The position numbers were made by a program, and so were the translations under genes. From contig NC_043024.1 of assembly GCF_006345805.1 (NCBI RefSeq), positions 12,462,001-12,526,000 on the forward strand: a stretch of 64,000 bases of DNA. Direction: 5' to 3'. Below, piece by piece: positions 52,515-64,000 of the stretch; within the stretch, counting starts at the first letter, position 1, and the number at the start of each line of letters is the position of its first letter. The stretch comes from Octopus sinensis (taxonomy: Eukaryota). The notes under the pieces are model-generated. The model worked only from the letters and a program-made list of their open reading frames with translations. It searched no databases and was not told where the DNA came from.

Positions 52515-53938
52515 CATCATCATCACCATGCTAATGAGCTGGTGGAATAATTATCACAACTTGACAAAAGGCTTAATGGCATTTCTTCTTGCTTCACATT
52601 CTGAGTTCAAATTCCATTGAAGCTGATTTTGTTTTTCATCTTTCTTCAGTTATTGAAACAAGTACCAGTTACATACTGGGGTGGATGGGATCAACTAACC
52701 CTCTTCCCACCAAAATTCCTGGTCTTGTGCCCACAGTACAAAAGATTATTAATATTTTTATGTTGGAACCGAATCATCTTAATTGCTATTATAATTGGTT
52801 TCATTTAATTTGGGACCAGGTTGGGAGATTGACCAAAAGCTTTTGTCTTGACCCTCCAAGACATTCTCATCTCTACTTATCGAATAGCTAAGTTATATTT
52901 TGGTTTATCTTTGACACATAAAGTGCGACAGGCCACAGCCATGGCCCAGATAGATGCATTAAATTTATGGGCTTTTGTTGGGGTCTAATGTCACTCAAAC
53001 GCTCCAATACCCCCACCAGAAATCAGGGGACTGATGGTTCAAATAATGACTTTTCAGATGAAGTAAAACTTGCCACCATTATACACTAAGAACATATTTT
53101 AACTATTTTTGTTTTTTTATGAGTGCATGGTAGTCTTATTTTCATAAAATGTGTTCAGCAGTCCATGCTATGTAAGTTCAAATCCCAGCGCTTTATGGTT
53201 TAAGAAAAAACCTATCCAAACAAATTGAAATTCTTGGCCAAGTACGTTAGCCAAAAAGTATGAATTTATTAAATCAAAGACTCGAATTTTGGCATTATTT
53301 TAATTCTGTAGTTACTTATGTTTCAACACAACATGGGAAATCTATTTTGTGAAGATAAATATTAATATGAATTCATAATATAATACATTTACATACATTT
53401 GCTTTCAGTAGCCATTCCGAGTCTCTGAATTAATATGCTCAACAGTTGCGATATTCTGCATGTGTGTGTGCGTGTATATATGTAATGTATATATACCTAC
53501 ATGTATGTATGTATATATACATGCATATATATAATGTATATATACATACATGCATATATATAATGTATATATACATACATGTATGTATGTATATATATAT
53601 ACATGCATATATATAAATATAATGTATATATACATACATGCATGTATGTATATATATACATGCATATATATATAATGTATACATGCATATATATATAATG
53701 TATATAACCCATGCTAGCATGGAGAACGGACGTTAAACGACGATGATACATGCATATATATATATATAAATATTTATATATACATACAGTTGAACATTGG
53801 GGTTGATGTATTCGACTTGACCCATTCTTGAAAATGCTGACCTCTGAGTTGCATTCATGTGAGTTTGCAAATGTGCAAGTGCATGGAGCAAGCCCCCTCT
53901 TTGTCCCCTCAGCTGGCTATGGACCCTTCCATCTTGGC

Positions 53939-54162
53939 TTAACCCTTTAGCAGTCAGATTTCTCTGTCAAATGTTTTATTTATTCACATTAATTTCAATT
54001 AATCAAGCAATATGTCTTGGCTTTGAGATTTCAGTGATGAGATTGTTTATTTTTAGAATAACATTGCAAGGGAAGTGTGGGAGGCCAGATCAGGCCAGTT
54101 TGAAGATGAAACAGGAAGAATATTTGGGCTGGATATGGCTGATTTCAATACTAAAGGGTCAA
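53939..54162. mobile_element. piggyBac-type MITE (diverged)
   Basis: TTAACCCTTTAG ... CTAAAGGGTCAA. Confidence 0.7.
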
Positions 54163-55914
54163 GCATCTATCTATCTCACATTCATATTCCATACTCCTTT
54201 CTTTCTCTCTCTCTCTCGTTCTGTCTGTGTGTCACTAATACATTCTCCATCACTTTTGTATTCCAGCTATCTCTCATTTTAAGCGACCCCTTTCTTATTC
54301 CAATCCATCCCTCTCATTTATCTTCACACTTTCACTCTCCTTTCATTTCTTTGTTGCTCAAAACAAATAAAAAAGAAATCATTAATTAAAAAAAAAAAGC
54401 AAAAGAAAATAGTTGACCAACAAAATGTGAGTCTACAGAACCAAATGTTGCCAAAGGAATTTTACATTTTACAGCTATTCCTACATCGAATATCATTATT
54501 AAGATGGTGAAACTGTGTGGCTGTGTGGGACACGGGTCAGACACTTGAAGAGTTAATCAGTTTATTCTGGAAGGCATCATCTCCAACGCCTGGTGGAACC
54601 CTAATCTTTCATCATCTGACACAGGATCCCTTCCTCTAATTCCCCCCCCCACTCTCTCAAAGGATCTTTGTCATGCAAATTACTTGGTGACGGGGTTGGT
54701 GCCATGTGAAAAGCACTTGGTCCACTCTGTGGAGGGGTTGGTGTCATGAAGGGCATCCAGCCGTAAAAAGCCTGCCAAAATAGACACAGTGGGTCTATTG
54801 TGTAGTCTTACCTGGTTGGCCCCTATCACACTGTCCCACCCATGCCAGCAAGGAAGAGGGATGTTAAATGATGATGATGATATACAAATACACTCGAAAA
54901 TGAAAAAAAGAGTAATAGAAATAAAAAAAATAATTCAAAAGAAATACAAACATTGGAAAAAATTTAAAAACAGAAAAATCCATAAAAGCTAAGAAAATAA
55001 AATGTGGCAGGGGTCGGGGGGGTAGGGGTGGGGAAGGGTGTTGAGTAAATATTTAATTTATTTTAGAAATGAAAACCATGTGTTGCAGCCGGAACAACAT
55101 GTAACCATGTTTGTGTTGAACAGACACAATCACAGCTTCACACAAAATACCTTGTGGTGTTTAGAAATGGATGGTCAGATTCTAGCATCAAGTTCTGTCA
55201 GGTTTAGGGTCGATGAGATTAAGGAGTATATATATATAAGGTGGGCAAGTGGCATTGTTGAAATGCTTTGTGGATCATAGAAGCAATTTATTGCAGATAA
55301 ACTTTAACAGCAAAATCTTGTGTGGACCCTTATGACTCAAGGGGTCATATAGAGTCCAGTTGAGAGCCCCTGTCCTCGATGATTGTGATCAGGTCATTGT
55401 CATGTGTTTGGGTCTTTTCATCTACCCAGGGTGGCAGCAATTAGTAGCAGTAATGGGTGGAGACCATAAACTACCCAAATTCAAGGTTTTGTTCCTATAT
55501 TTGAAAATATTTAGAATTTAACAAATTGAGACGTTTGTGAGATGGAAGTTCAATAAAAAAACAATTTTTTTTAATTAGGGTTTGACTTTTGGTTTAGTAT
55601 TTTTTTAAAACATTTCCCCCAAATTTGAAATTTTAAACCAACAAAATAAAAAGAGATAAAAAATACTGAATTAAAAAAAAATCAATAAAATATATTTTTT
55701 CTCTAAAAAATGATAGTTTTTTTTTTTATTTTTAAAAATCTGTTGAATCTGACACTGAAATTTGAACTCCAAATTCTTGGAAAACAATATTTTCTTTACA
55801 GTCTTAGTTAGAATTTCATTTGTAGTAAGTGACACTCCAATACTGTGTAGCCCTAGGTAGACTTTGGTCTCCAGAGGATTTGTGATCAAAAATATTCCAG
55901 TTTGGAGATTGTCT

Positions 55915-56412
55915 GGCACGAACCCAAACTGCATCTTGTCTAGACTAACTCCCTCCCTAAATTAGTTGGGCTATGACCCTCTCCATGACCTTCATTACCT
56001 GATCCAGCAACTTGATACCTCTGTAATTATTTGTATCTAAGGCGTCACCTTTACTTTTGTAGCAGTTGACTATTATGTTGCTACACCAGTCATTGGGTGT
56101 GACTCCTTTGTGTCTCACCTGGTTAACTATACGGGTGACTAGGCTATAGCCAACACTGCCAGATATTTTGAGCATCTCTGCGGTGATTCCTGATGGGCAG
56201 GGGGCTTTCCCTGTCTTCATACTCTTAATTGCTTTATCTACCAAGATACTGTCAACTCAGATAGCTGGTCTCTCTGTTGGGTCGATATTCAGCAGACTCT
56301 CTCCTATTCATTCTCTTTATCGAGCAACCTTTCATAGTGGCGTCTCCAAACCTCTCTCTTGGCAGCCTCATTTAGCACAAGTGAATCATCATCCATGTGG
56401 ACACATTTCTCT
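55915..56412 (-). pseudogene. RTE LINE fragment (start of the RT domain)
   Basis: MKTGKAPCPSGITAEMLK...DWCSNIIVNCYKSKGDALDTNNYRGIKLLDQVMKVMERVIAQLI, then MQFGFVP. Confidence 0.92.
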
Positions 56413-57188
56413 CCTATATGTGTGTGTGTATATATATAATATATATATATATATATATGCATGTATCTTCAGATATGTTGCATCTATTGACATATATATG
56501 TGACACATAATCGTTAGTCCAGTGTCACAGCCCTAATTGAACAGTCGACATCATCCGATGTGCCCTTCTCTTGTTTGGGACAGGGAGTTGCAATTTCACA
56601 GGGAAATTAGCTGCTGTTTTTAGCACGTCGACCGAGCAACACCATTAGAGACGCATTGACTTGTGAACAAACATATGTATAGCGTGTGTGGGTGTGTATG
56701 TGGATGAGAGAGAGAGGAGGAGGAGCAACAGAAGACGGAGGCGGGGGTAAAGAGGGATATATATGAACAACAGTGGTTTTATGTGGATTATCTTATCTTG
56801 TAATACATAATCTCCAATACAACCAACACATTTGCTGGCACATGTCTGTGTACTTTAACACGTGGAAGATTTAGAAGTGTGTGCGTCCAAGTACGTTCTT
56901 TAAAAGCTCCTGATTTAATTCAGTGTTTACACAACGTCTGTCTCTCTCCGTCGAACGGACAGACACTTGCTTCTCAATTAAATCACACAAAGAAGTGCGC
57001 ACGCGAATGTGTGCGTGTGTATATATATATATATATGTATATATATGTATATATATATATGAGTGTATTATACGCATACACATTTAATCACTTGAACGAC
57101 ACCCGCAAATTTGGTTCCTGTCACGTCTAAATCACTTTCGAAAAACTGTTTTTACAACAATTATCATCATTATCAATTATTATCGTCC

Positions 57189-57232
<44 letters not shown>

Positions 57233-57440
57233 TTGTTGTTTCTATTGTTGTAGCGAGCAGAAACGAGTGCCTCGACACTCCTTGCAGTCAATTTTGACCT
57301 TTTTCACGGAAATTCGACCATGAATGATTAATTTTTCTAATTTTTGTTAACACATTGTAATTAGCTGCAATTTTTGTGGTCGAAATAAATGAAGTGGAAA
57401 TTTCAGCGTGTGACAATGGAAATGATATATATCTGTGATT

Positions 57441-57796
57441 TTATTTGTTTCAGTTATTTGACTGCGGTCATGCCGGAGCACCGCCTTTTAGTCGAACAAA
57501 TCGACCCCAGGACTTATTCTGTCGGTGTCTTTTGCCGAACCGCTAAGTTACGGGGACGTAAACACACCAACATTTGTTGTCAGGCGATGGTGGTGGTGGG
57601 ACAAACACACACATTATATTATATATATATACACACACACACAGCAGGCTTCTTTCAGTTTCCGTCTACCAAATCCGCAAGGCTTTGGTCGGCCCGAGGA
57701 TATAGTAGAAAACACTTGCTCGAAGTTCCACGCAGCTGGATGAGAACCCGGAACCATGTGATTGGTAAGCATGCTTCTTACCACACAGCCACTCCT
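57441..57796 (-). mobile_element. CORE-like SINE, family 1
   Basis: Reverse complement of the family consensus, with CpGs largely retained. Confidence 0.85.
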
Positions 57797-57823
57797 ATAT
57801 ATAATATAATATATAATATATAT

Positions 57824-57859
<36 letters not shown>

Positions 57860-57869
57860 AGAGAGAGAG

Positions 57870-57903
<34 letters not shown>

Positions 57904-58217
57904 CGAGAGAGAGAGCGAGAGGTAATGGTGTCAATAAGACCCAGAAGTGTCAGGTAATGCTGAGTAAGTGCTATGGACAGACTATAGTTAAGCCCCGGTT
58001 CGGTGATTATGCGAACGAGGAGTCCCACGTAGGTCAGATATCAGGAAGTGTATGGATAATATTTTTTGTTTTCAGAATGAGATAAAAATGCAAGGCTGAG
58101 AATGATTATAAAGAATAAGTCCTGAAGTCGATTTGTTCGATTAAAGGCGGTGCTCCAGCACGGCCGCAGTCAACTGAAATCTTTCACAGCCTTGGATTTT
58201 TAACTCATTTTGAAAAG

Positions 58218-58254
<37 letters not shown>

Positions 58255-58749
58255 CTTACTACAATGTGAATAAAAACTATTAATTCGCTATATTTCGTCC
58301 TTCGCAAGCACAGACAAACAGACAGGTAGATAGACAGACAGACAGACAGACACTTTGTGACAGAGAAATACAGACGTATATAGTTAAATTGATAGACACG
58401 AAGATATAGATAGATATGTGTATACACTTACACACTCACACATACATATGTACATACATACACATTCACTGTACAGATAAAACTATGGGTAAATACGAGA
58501 GAGAAAACCACGAGATAGACAGATAGGTAGACCGACAGAAGACAGACCAGACAGACAGACAGATAGATAGATAGATAGGTAAATAGATAGACAGATAGAT
58601 AGATAGATAGAGAGGGAGAGAGAGGGGGAGAGCGGGATACAAAGAAGGGTAACGAAAAAGTACACATTTAACTATCTACATTTTCAACTGTTTATTCATA
58701 CATTGAATGTATCTTTATCTGTTTATATGTTTGTGTATATATCTATATC

Positions 58750-58801
<52 letters not shown>

Positions 58802-59787
58802 ATATATATATATATAGAGATAGAGAGAGAGAGTTAGAAAGAGGGAAGAGTTTGTGTGAGATTCAAATTGATAAGTTTGTAGAAAGATATAGGAAGACCG
58901 ATAAAAATGACAAACAGAAAAATAGTCGGAGAGAGAGAGAGAGAGAGAGAGAGATACAAAAGGACAAAAGTGAGAGAGAGAGAGAGAGGGCGTACAAGGA
59001 TATATAAATATACATACATGTCATGCTCAAGACATCGGTACCATGTAAATGACGGATATATAAATACAGAGAGATAAGAGAGGGGAGTGGAGGGACACAT
59101 TCCGAGAGAGAGAGAGAGAGACAGAGAGGGAGAGAGATAGATAGAGAGACAGAGAGAGAGAGAGAAAGAGGTAGAAAAAATGTGTACAGACACCCTCCCA
59201 TCACATTTGTAAAGACTTATTGGAGAAAAAGAGAGAGAGAGAGAGGGGGGAGAGAAGGAAAAAAGAAAACCCTCATTTCCTATCACACCCATCGTCGCAT
59301 AAAGAGAGAGAGGGAGAAGGAGAGAGAGCAGGAGGAGGAGGAGAGAGGAGGGAGGGAGGGACAGAGATAGAGAAAGCTGAAAACCTGTTTTGCGGACGTG
59401 GAATGTATTTAAGTGTGATTTCGTTAGCATCGCCAACAGTTACTGTTATCGTTCAGCCCCAGGCCTAAAACCCTTACTGAACAAACCCTACGACCAGCGA
59501 CATTCCAACCGGGACACTCTGGTCTTATTCCTATATTCACAGAACGCAGGGATACATAATTCAATAAATTCTTTTCTAGGGAAGTAGAGTGTGATTTCAG
59601 AGAGACTTGGCTGTTATTTCTAGCTGAAAATGCGACTCTGCAGCGAATCGAAACAATTGTTTGTATGAGAGTGGTGGTGGAGGTGGTGGAGGTAATAGTG
59701 ACGGTGTGATGGGGTAATGGGGTGTAGAGGTGGCCTAGTGGTCGGGTAGGTGTGGTGGTGACACCCGGTTTGGGTATGATTAGTGCT

Positions 59788-59916
59788 TGTGGTGGTGGGG
59801 GTTGCAGTTGTGGTGGTGGGGTTGCAGTTGTGGTGGTGGGGGTTGCAGTTGTGGTGGTGGGGGTTGCAGTTGTGGTGGTGGGGGTTGCAGTTGTGGGTTG
59901 GGGGTTGCAGTTGTGC
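59788..59916 (+). repeat. 20-21-bp G-rich minisatellite (gttgcagttgtggtggtgggg), six units
   Basis: Read directly from the sequence; G4-G5 runs recur once per unit. Confidence 0.9.
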
Positions 59917-60179
59917 CCTGTTACTTGATCGAAGATGGCGTTTAACATTATTTCCAAAAGTATTTCAACAGGCATTTTAAACAACTCTTGAGGAAGTTTT
60001 GTCTAATTAATTGCAAGGATAACATCAGTTAATTCAAAGGTTTCAATTCATCATGTAAGGCCTAACATATGTCGGGTGTCATTGGAAATATGGCTGCTAT
60101 TTTTAGCAAGTCGAACGACCACAAATAGGCCATCTCGACGGAGGAGCGTAAGGGATGAGGGAGCAAGTGACGGAGGGAA

Positions 60180-60750
60180 GCAAAGGAGCAGCGGTGAGTG
60201 ATGGAGGAGAGCAAGGGAACAGCGGTGAGTGACAAAAGCGAGCAAAGGAGCAACGGTGAGTGACAAAAGCGAGCAAGGAGCAACGGTGAGTGACAGAAGA
60301 GATCAAGGGAGCAGCTGTGAGTGACAGAGAAGAGCAAGGGAGCAGCGGTGAGTGACAAAGGCGAGCAAAGGAGCAGCGGTGAGTGACAGAAGAGATCAAG
60401 GGAGCAGCTGTGAGTGATGGAGGAGAGCAAGGAGGCAGCGGTGAGTGACAAAAGCGAGCAAAGGAGCAACGGTGAGTGACAGAAGAGATCAAGGGAGCAG
60501 CAGTGAGTGACAGAGAAGAGCAAGGGAGCAACGGTGAGTGACAAAGGCGAGCAAAGGAGCAGCGGTGAGTGATAGAAGAGATCAAGGGAGCAGCTGTGAG
60601 TGATGGAGGAGAGCAAGGAGGCAGCGGTGAGTGATGAAGGAGAGCAAGGGAACAGCGTTGATGGAGGAGAGCAAGGGAGCAGCGGTGAGTGACAAAGGCG
60701 AGCAAAGGAGGCAGCGGTGAGTGACAGAAGTGAGGAAGGGAACAACGGTC
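60180..60750 (+). repeat. 31-bp minisatellite, about 18 units, with a duplicated six-unit (186-bp) higher-order repeat
   Basis: Units read GTGAGTGA + an 11-nt variant + aaggragcarcg; variant order A B [B C D B C A] [B C D B C A] A' A B C'. Confidence 0.95.
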
Positions 60751-60876
60751 GGAGATGCTATCTGCCCGGTAAAACTTGTTGACTTGAAGCGGAGGAAGTT
60801 TCGCATTTGGCAGGTTTTGCTTTTTTTGTGAGACAAAAGACAGAAGACAAAAGAGGCCTTTTTTGATGCTTTGCAG

Positions 60877-60973
60877 ACGACCAAACAATTCCCGTTAGAT
60901 TTGTGTTTAAATGAAGACAGCCTCAAAAAGCTAACAAGAAATAACAAAATGGTGAAACAGGCAGACAGATGAT
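60877..60973 (+). other. Candidate internal exon (5' UTR/start) of a plus-strand gene
   Basis: Acceptor ttttttgatgctttgcag| and donor GAT|GTAAGC. Confidence 0.35.
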
Positions 60974-62424
60974 GTAAGCGAGTTTCATAACATTTAATGC
61001 AGGAAGTATTAAAAAAAGCAAGGTAGAAACTATTGTAATGAGAGAGATTTTAGAGTGAATGGTGGTGGTAGGGACACCGGGGAGTCAACGGTGCAAGGAT
61101 CAAATCTCTGCCCTCCTCCCCGCCTCTTAGCAGTCACAAAGAAGAGTTTAAAGGAGTTCCACGTTGGTCGGATTGATCTCAAAGAATAGCAGAAAATTTT
61201 CAAAAGAGTAACGAATTTTTAGAAATTAGCTTAGAAAGGACATTCACAGAGAGAGAGGAGAGAGAGAGAGTGTGTGTGTGTGATTTTACTTCGCCACAGT
61301 CTGGTTAAATGATTAAGAAGTTTGCAGCGTATCAACGACGTTCGGGTTCGATCTTACGGTGTCGCAACTTGTGCAAAAGTTTATTTATTTATTTATTTTG
61401 TAGTTATACATCGTGAGTGAAAATAGGTGGGGGGAAACTGCAGAGAAGCCTATCTGATGGGTTCTAGCCATAATTCAAAAGGTACAGCTCGATCACGCTG
61501 AGTCCTACGGATTCTGCCTGAGAACTCGCGTGTCTGCAGAACATCCCGCCACTCATATGATAATTGGGAGGCAGATAATTCAGTTGACCGAAAACTTGAA
61601 TGCTCATCGTCGAAACCAACGGAGATCCATTCATTTATCCAGTTTACTTTGTTGAAAATTTAAAAAGGATTTAATAAAGATCGCCGTTTATTCTTACTTC
61701 TAAAAATTACAAGTTGACGCTATGTAACGTGATTGTTTGTAGCCCAAACTGGCAACCCGTGGAAACCCGTATGGGTGCGGCCCATTCACTTCGACTTGAC
61801 CCATTAAACTGTAGTAATAGTAGTAGTAGTAGCAGTAGTAGTTGTTGTTGTTGTCGTCGTCTTTATGTCAGAATGTTAGCGGAAACTGTGTGAATGAAAA
61901 GGCGGAAAGTATGCAGGAAGATAGGGAGGCAGGGAGGGGGAACTGCGATTGTCCTGAGCAATCTGTGTTGATGAGATTTACGACTGTCCTCGTTAGCTTA
62001 GGTACCACCACCACCACCAGTACCACCACCACCAGTACCACCACCACCATCACCACCAGTACCACCACAATCATCGTCACCACCACCTGACTACACTCAC
62101 GCATAAGGGTATTTAAAATGGAGTCATCAAACGAGAATCGAACCCGAATCAGTAGTATCTTATATGCTAATAAATCATCAATATTCTACAGCACATTTAC
62201 AAATACACACACTTGCTAGAAATGGCAGTTAAATCTTTGCTAAATCATATACCCTGAAGTCACGGAAAGGGGAACACGAACGGGAAAAACTTCGTCTTGA
62301 GCGAGACTGCACTCCGATCCAAATGCCATTAGGGTTGGCAGGACAGCTAAGATGATGTAGGGTGGCAAACAACCTGTTGATCAAACGCGGTTTCCCAGAC
62401 TGCCAACGGTACAAACGTATGATC

Positions 62425-62919
62425 ACTGCGGCCTCAGACTCAACACAGAGCCTGGAGGAGGTAGTGCTACCCTGAAGCAAGAGTGTGGCTGCTGGAAGAC
62501 CTTATGTCTGGCAACAGGACTCTGCACCATGCCACACAAGCAGGGGAACAAGTCTTGGCTGTCAGACAATTCCTGCGACCACATCACCCCTAACATCCAC
62601 CCACCTAACTCCCCAGACTGGACTCCACTTGATTATTATGTGTGGGGCGGAGCTTAGCGAGAGCCCAACAAAACTCCTTGTGACAGCAAAGATGAACTGA
62701 AGGCAGAGATTATGGCAGCATTCACCAACTTAAACAAGGAGGCTGCCCAGAAGAGTTGCAGGAAATTCCGAAGTCGTCTGGAGGCCGCGGTTGAAGTGAA
62801 TGGCGATTTTATTGAATGAATGTATTATTTAGTATCTCAAGATATTTTTATGTAATTTTGGTAAATATATCTCTTAAAATTTTGCATAATTTAGACGACA
62901 GCTTATTCACCGCAACCTG
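62425..62919 (+). mobile_element. Tc1/mariner superfamily DD37D (maT-like) transposase 3' remnant with right terminus
   Basis: GLRLNTE...LEEVVLP...GRPYVWQQDSAPCHTS...PPNSPDWTPLDYYVWG...KDELKAEIMAAFTNLNKEAAQKSCRKFRSRLEAAVEVNGDFIE. There are 37 residues between the second and third Asp after correcting one frameshift. The element ends ...cgcaacctg|TA. Confidence 0.85.
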
Positions 62920-63090
62920 TATACATATCAGAGGCGATTCCAGGTCATCAGCGTCACTCGAGTTCATCACAGATTTTGCATAAGACACATGCCTGCTCGA
63001 AGAATTTCACGTTTTCCCGCTTTATTTCTAGCCCTCAAATGGTTTATTTTTCATATCTAGCACTATGTCTTTCTCCATTTCTAAATTCAG

Positions 63091-63298
63091 AGTAAAATAT
63101 AAAGCAACCCTGCAAAACCCAGTTGATCTTTACACACAGACGGACAGAATAGCAGCAATCAAACAACGACAGCGGAGTGCACAACAAACATCAGCGGAGG
63201 AGAGAGAGAGCGAGATGTCTTTGATGCAAGAAGAGATTGCAGAAGATGGGAGAACCAACTGGTTTAGTGGAGTTTTTCAGCAACACATACGCGACAAG
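63091..63298 (+). CDS. Candidate coding exon of an unidentified plus-strand gene (VKYKATLQ...MSLMQEEIAEDGRTNWFSGVFQQHIRDK)
   Basis: Strong acceptor tctttctccatttctaaattcag|, 69 open codons in unique sequence, donor AAG|GTTTCA (weak intronic part); a SINE-like fragment follows shortly after. No family recognised. Confidence 0.4.
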
Positions 63299-64000
63299 GT
63301 TTCAGCATTGAATTACGGGTACAAGCCATTCAACAGGCTTCCACAGTTTCCATTTATTTAGTTTAATGCACAATGCTTGTGTCGACCCAATATTATGAGA
63401 AGAGACCTTGCTTAATCTGTCCCAACATGGAATCGAACGAGCGACTTGAGAGGTGCAAAGCCATAACCGCTGCCTTCACCCATCTTTCCAATTATCTTCA
63501 ATTGGTGTTTAGAAACTACTTCGAAGAACTGGCCTCATCTGCGGTTAATGAATTTGCTTAACCTCAAATCAGCTTTGATCGAGCGGAGCTTTTGTAAGAA
63601 AACGTTCCAGTTGTGCCATCCCATTTGATATTCAGAGTTATAGGGTATCCAGGATTATATTGTTTTGTGGAGAGTGATTTGAAGGAGGCTTCGCTGTCAT
63701 TTCTAGCAAGCCGAGCGAGCGTGCAGAATTCGTTTTTTGTGGCTTGAAAGAAATTGTTTCAAGTCAACCATAAAACCTATGATCAACGCCATTCTAGCCG
63801 TGACCAACTCGTCTTTTGTATCAAATATTGTATAATGGAGTCCTAGGTAGACTAGGTGTCCTACCTAGCTTTTGTAAGTTGACTGAGATTTGGCTGGTAT
63901 TTCTAGGAACATCGAATGACTCAGAGAAATTACCCCTCTGTTTGACGTTTACCGCGTATGTATTTGTGCATTGGATTACAGGTGAATCTGTGTGCGTATA

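Noticed and set aside
59424-59984. 186-aa mucin-like PTTTTAT ORF
   Set aside because: It arises from the 21-bp minisatellite plus flanking repeats; there is no signal peptide or splice support.
60062-60888. 227- and 261-aa minus-strand repeat ORFs
   Set aside because: The minus strand of the 31-bp unit has no stop in any frame, so all frames are open trivially.
63095-63135. TATA box plus initiator for a first exon
   Set aside because: A strong splice acceptor immediately upstream and an open frame through it favour an internal exon; not fully excluded.

Overview
AT-rich, repeat-dominated metazoan DNA with no long intact host gene. The SINE, LINE and microsatellite families resemble those I recall from octopus genomes; this is inferred, not searched. 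Most of the window is: tRNA-derived SINEs of at least three families, a non-autonomous element sharing the RTE LINE 3' tail, dead RTE/RTE-X LINE fragments, piggyBac- and mariner-type MITEs, a DD37D (maT-like) transposase remnant, a Helitron remnant, palindromic Penelope-like repeats and large (TA)n/(CA)n/(CAT)n tracts. Nearly all long ORFs in the supplied track are microsatellite or repeat artefacts. The main points for a second look: (1) minimal type I hammerhead ribozyme folds in the Penelope-like repeats at 10955-11003 and 15203-15237, plus degenerate copies; (2) a 31-bp minisatellite with higher-order structure carrying 17 tandem GTGAGT splice-donor motifs just upstream of a candidate plus-strand gene (60877-60973, 63091-63298); (3) a CCAAT box plus RFX X-box at about 22.3 kb with candidate exons leaving on both strands; (4) several long inverted repeats able to form dsRNA. 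All host-gene exon calls were made by eye and are low confidence.
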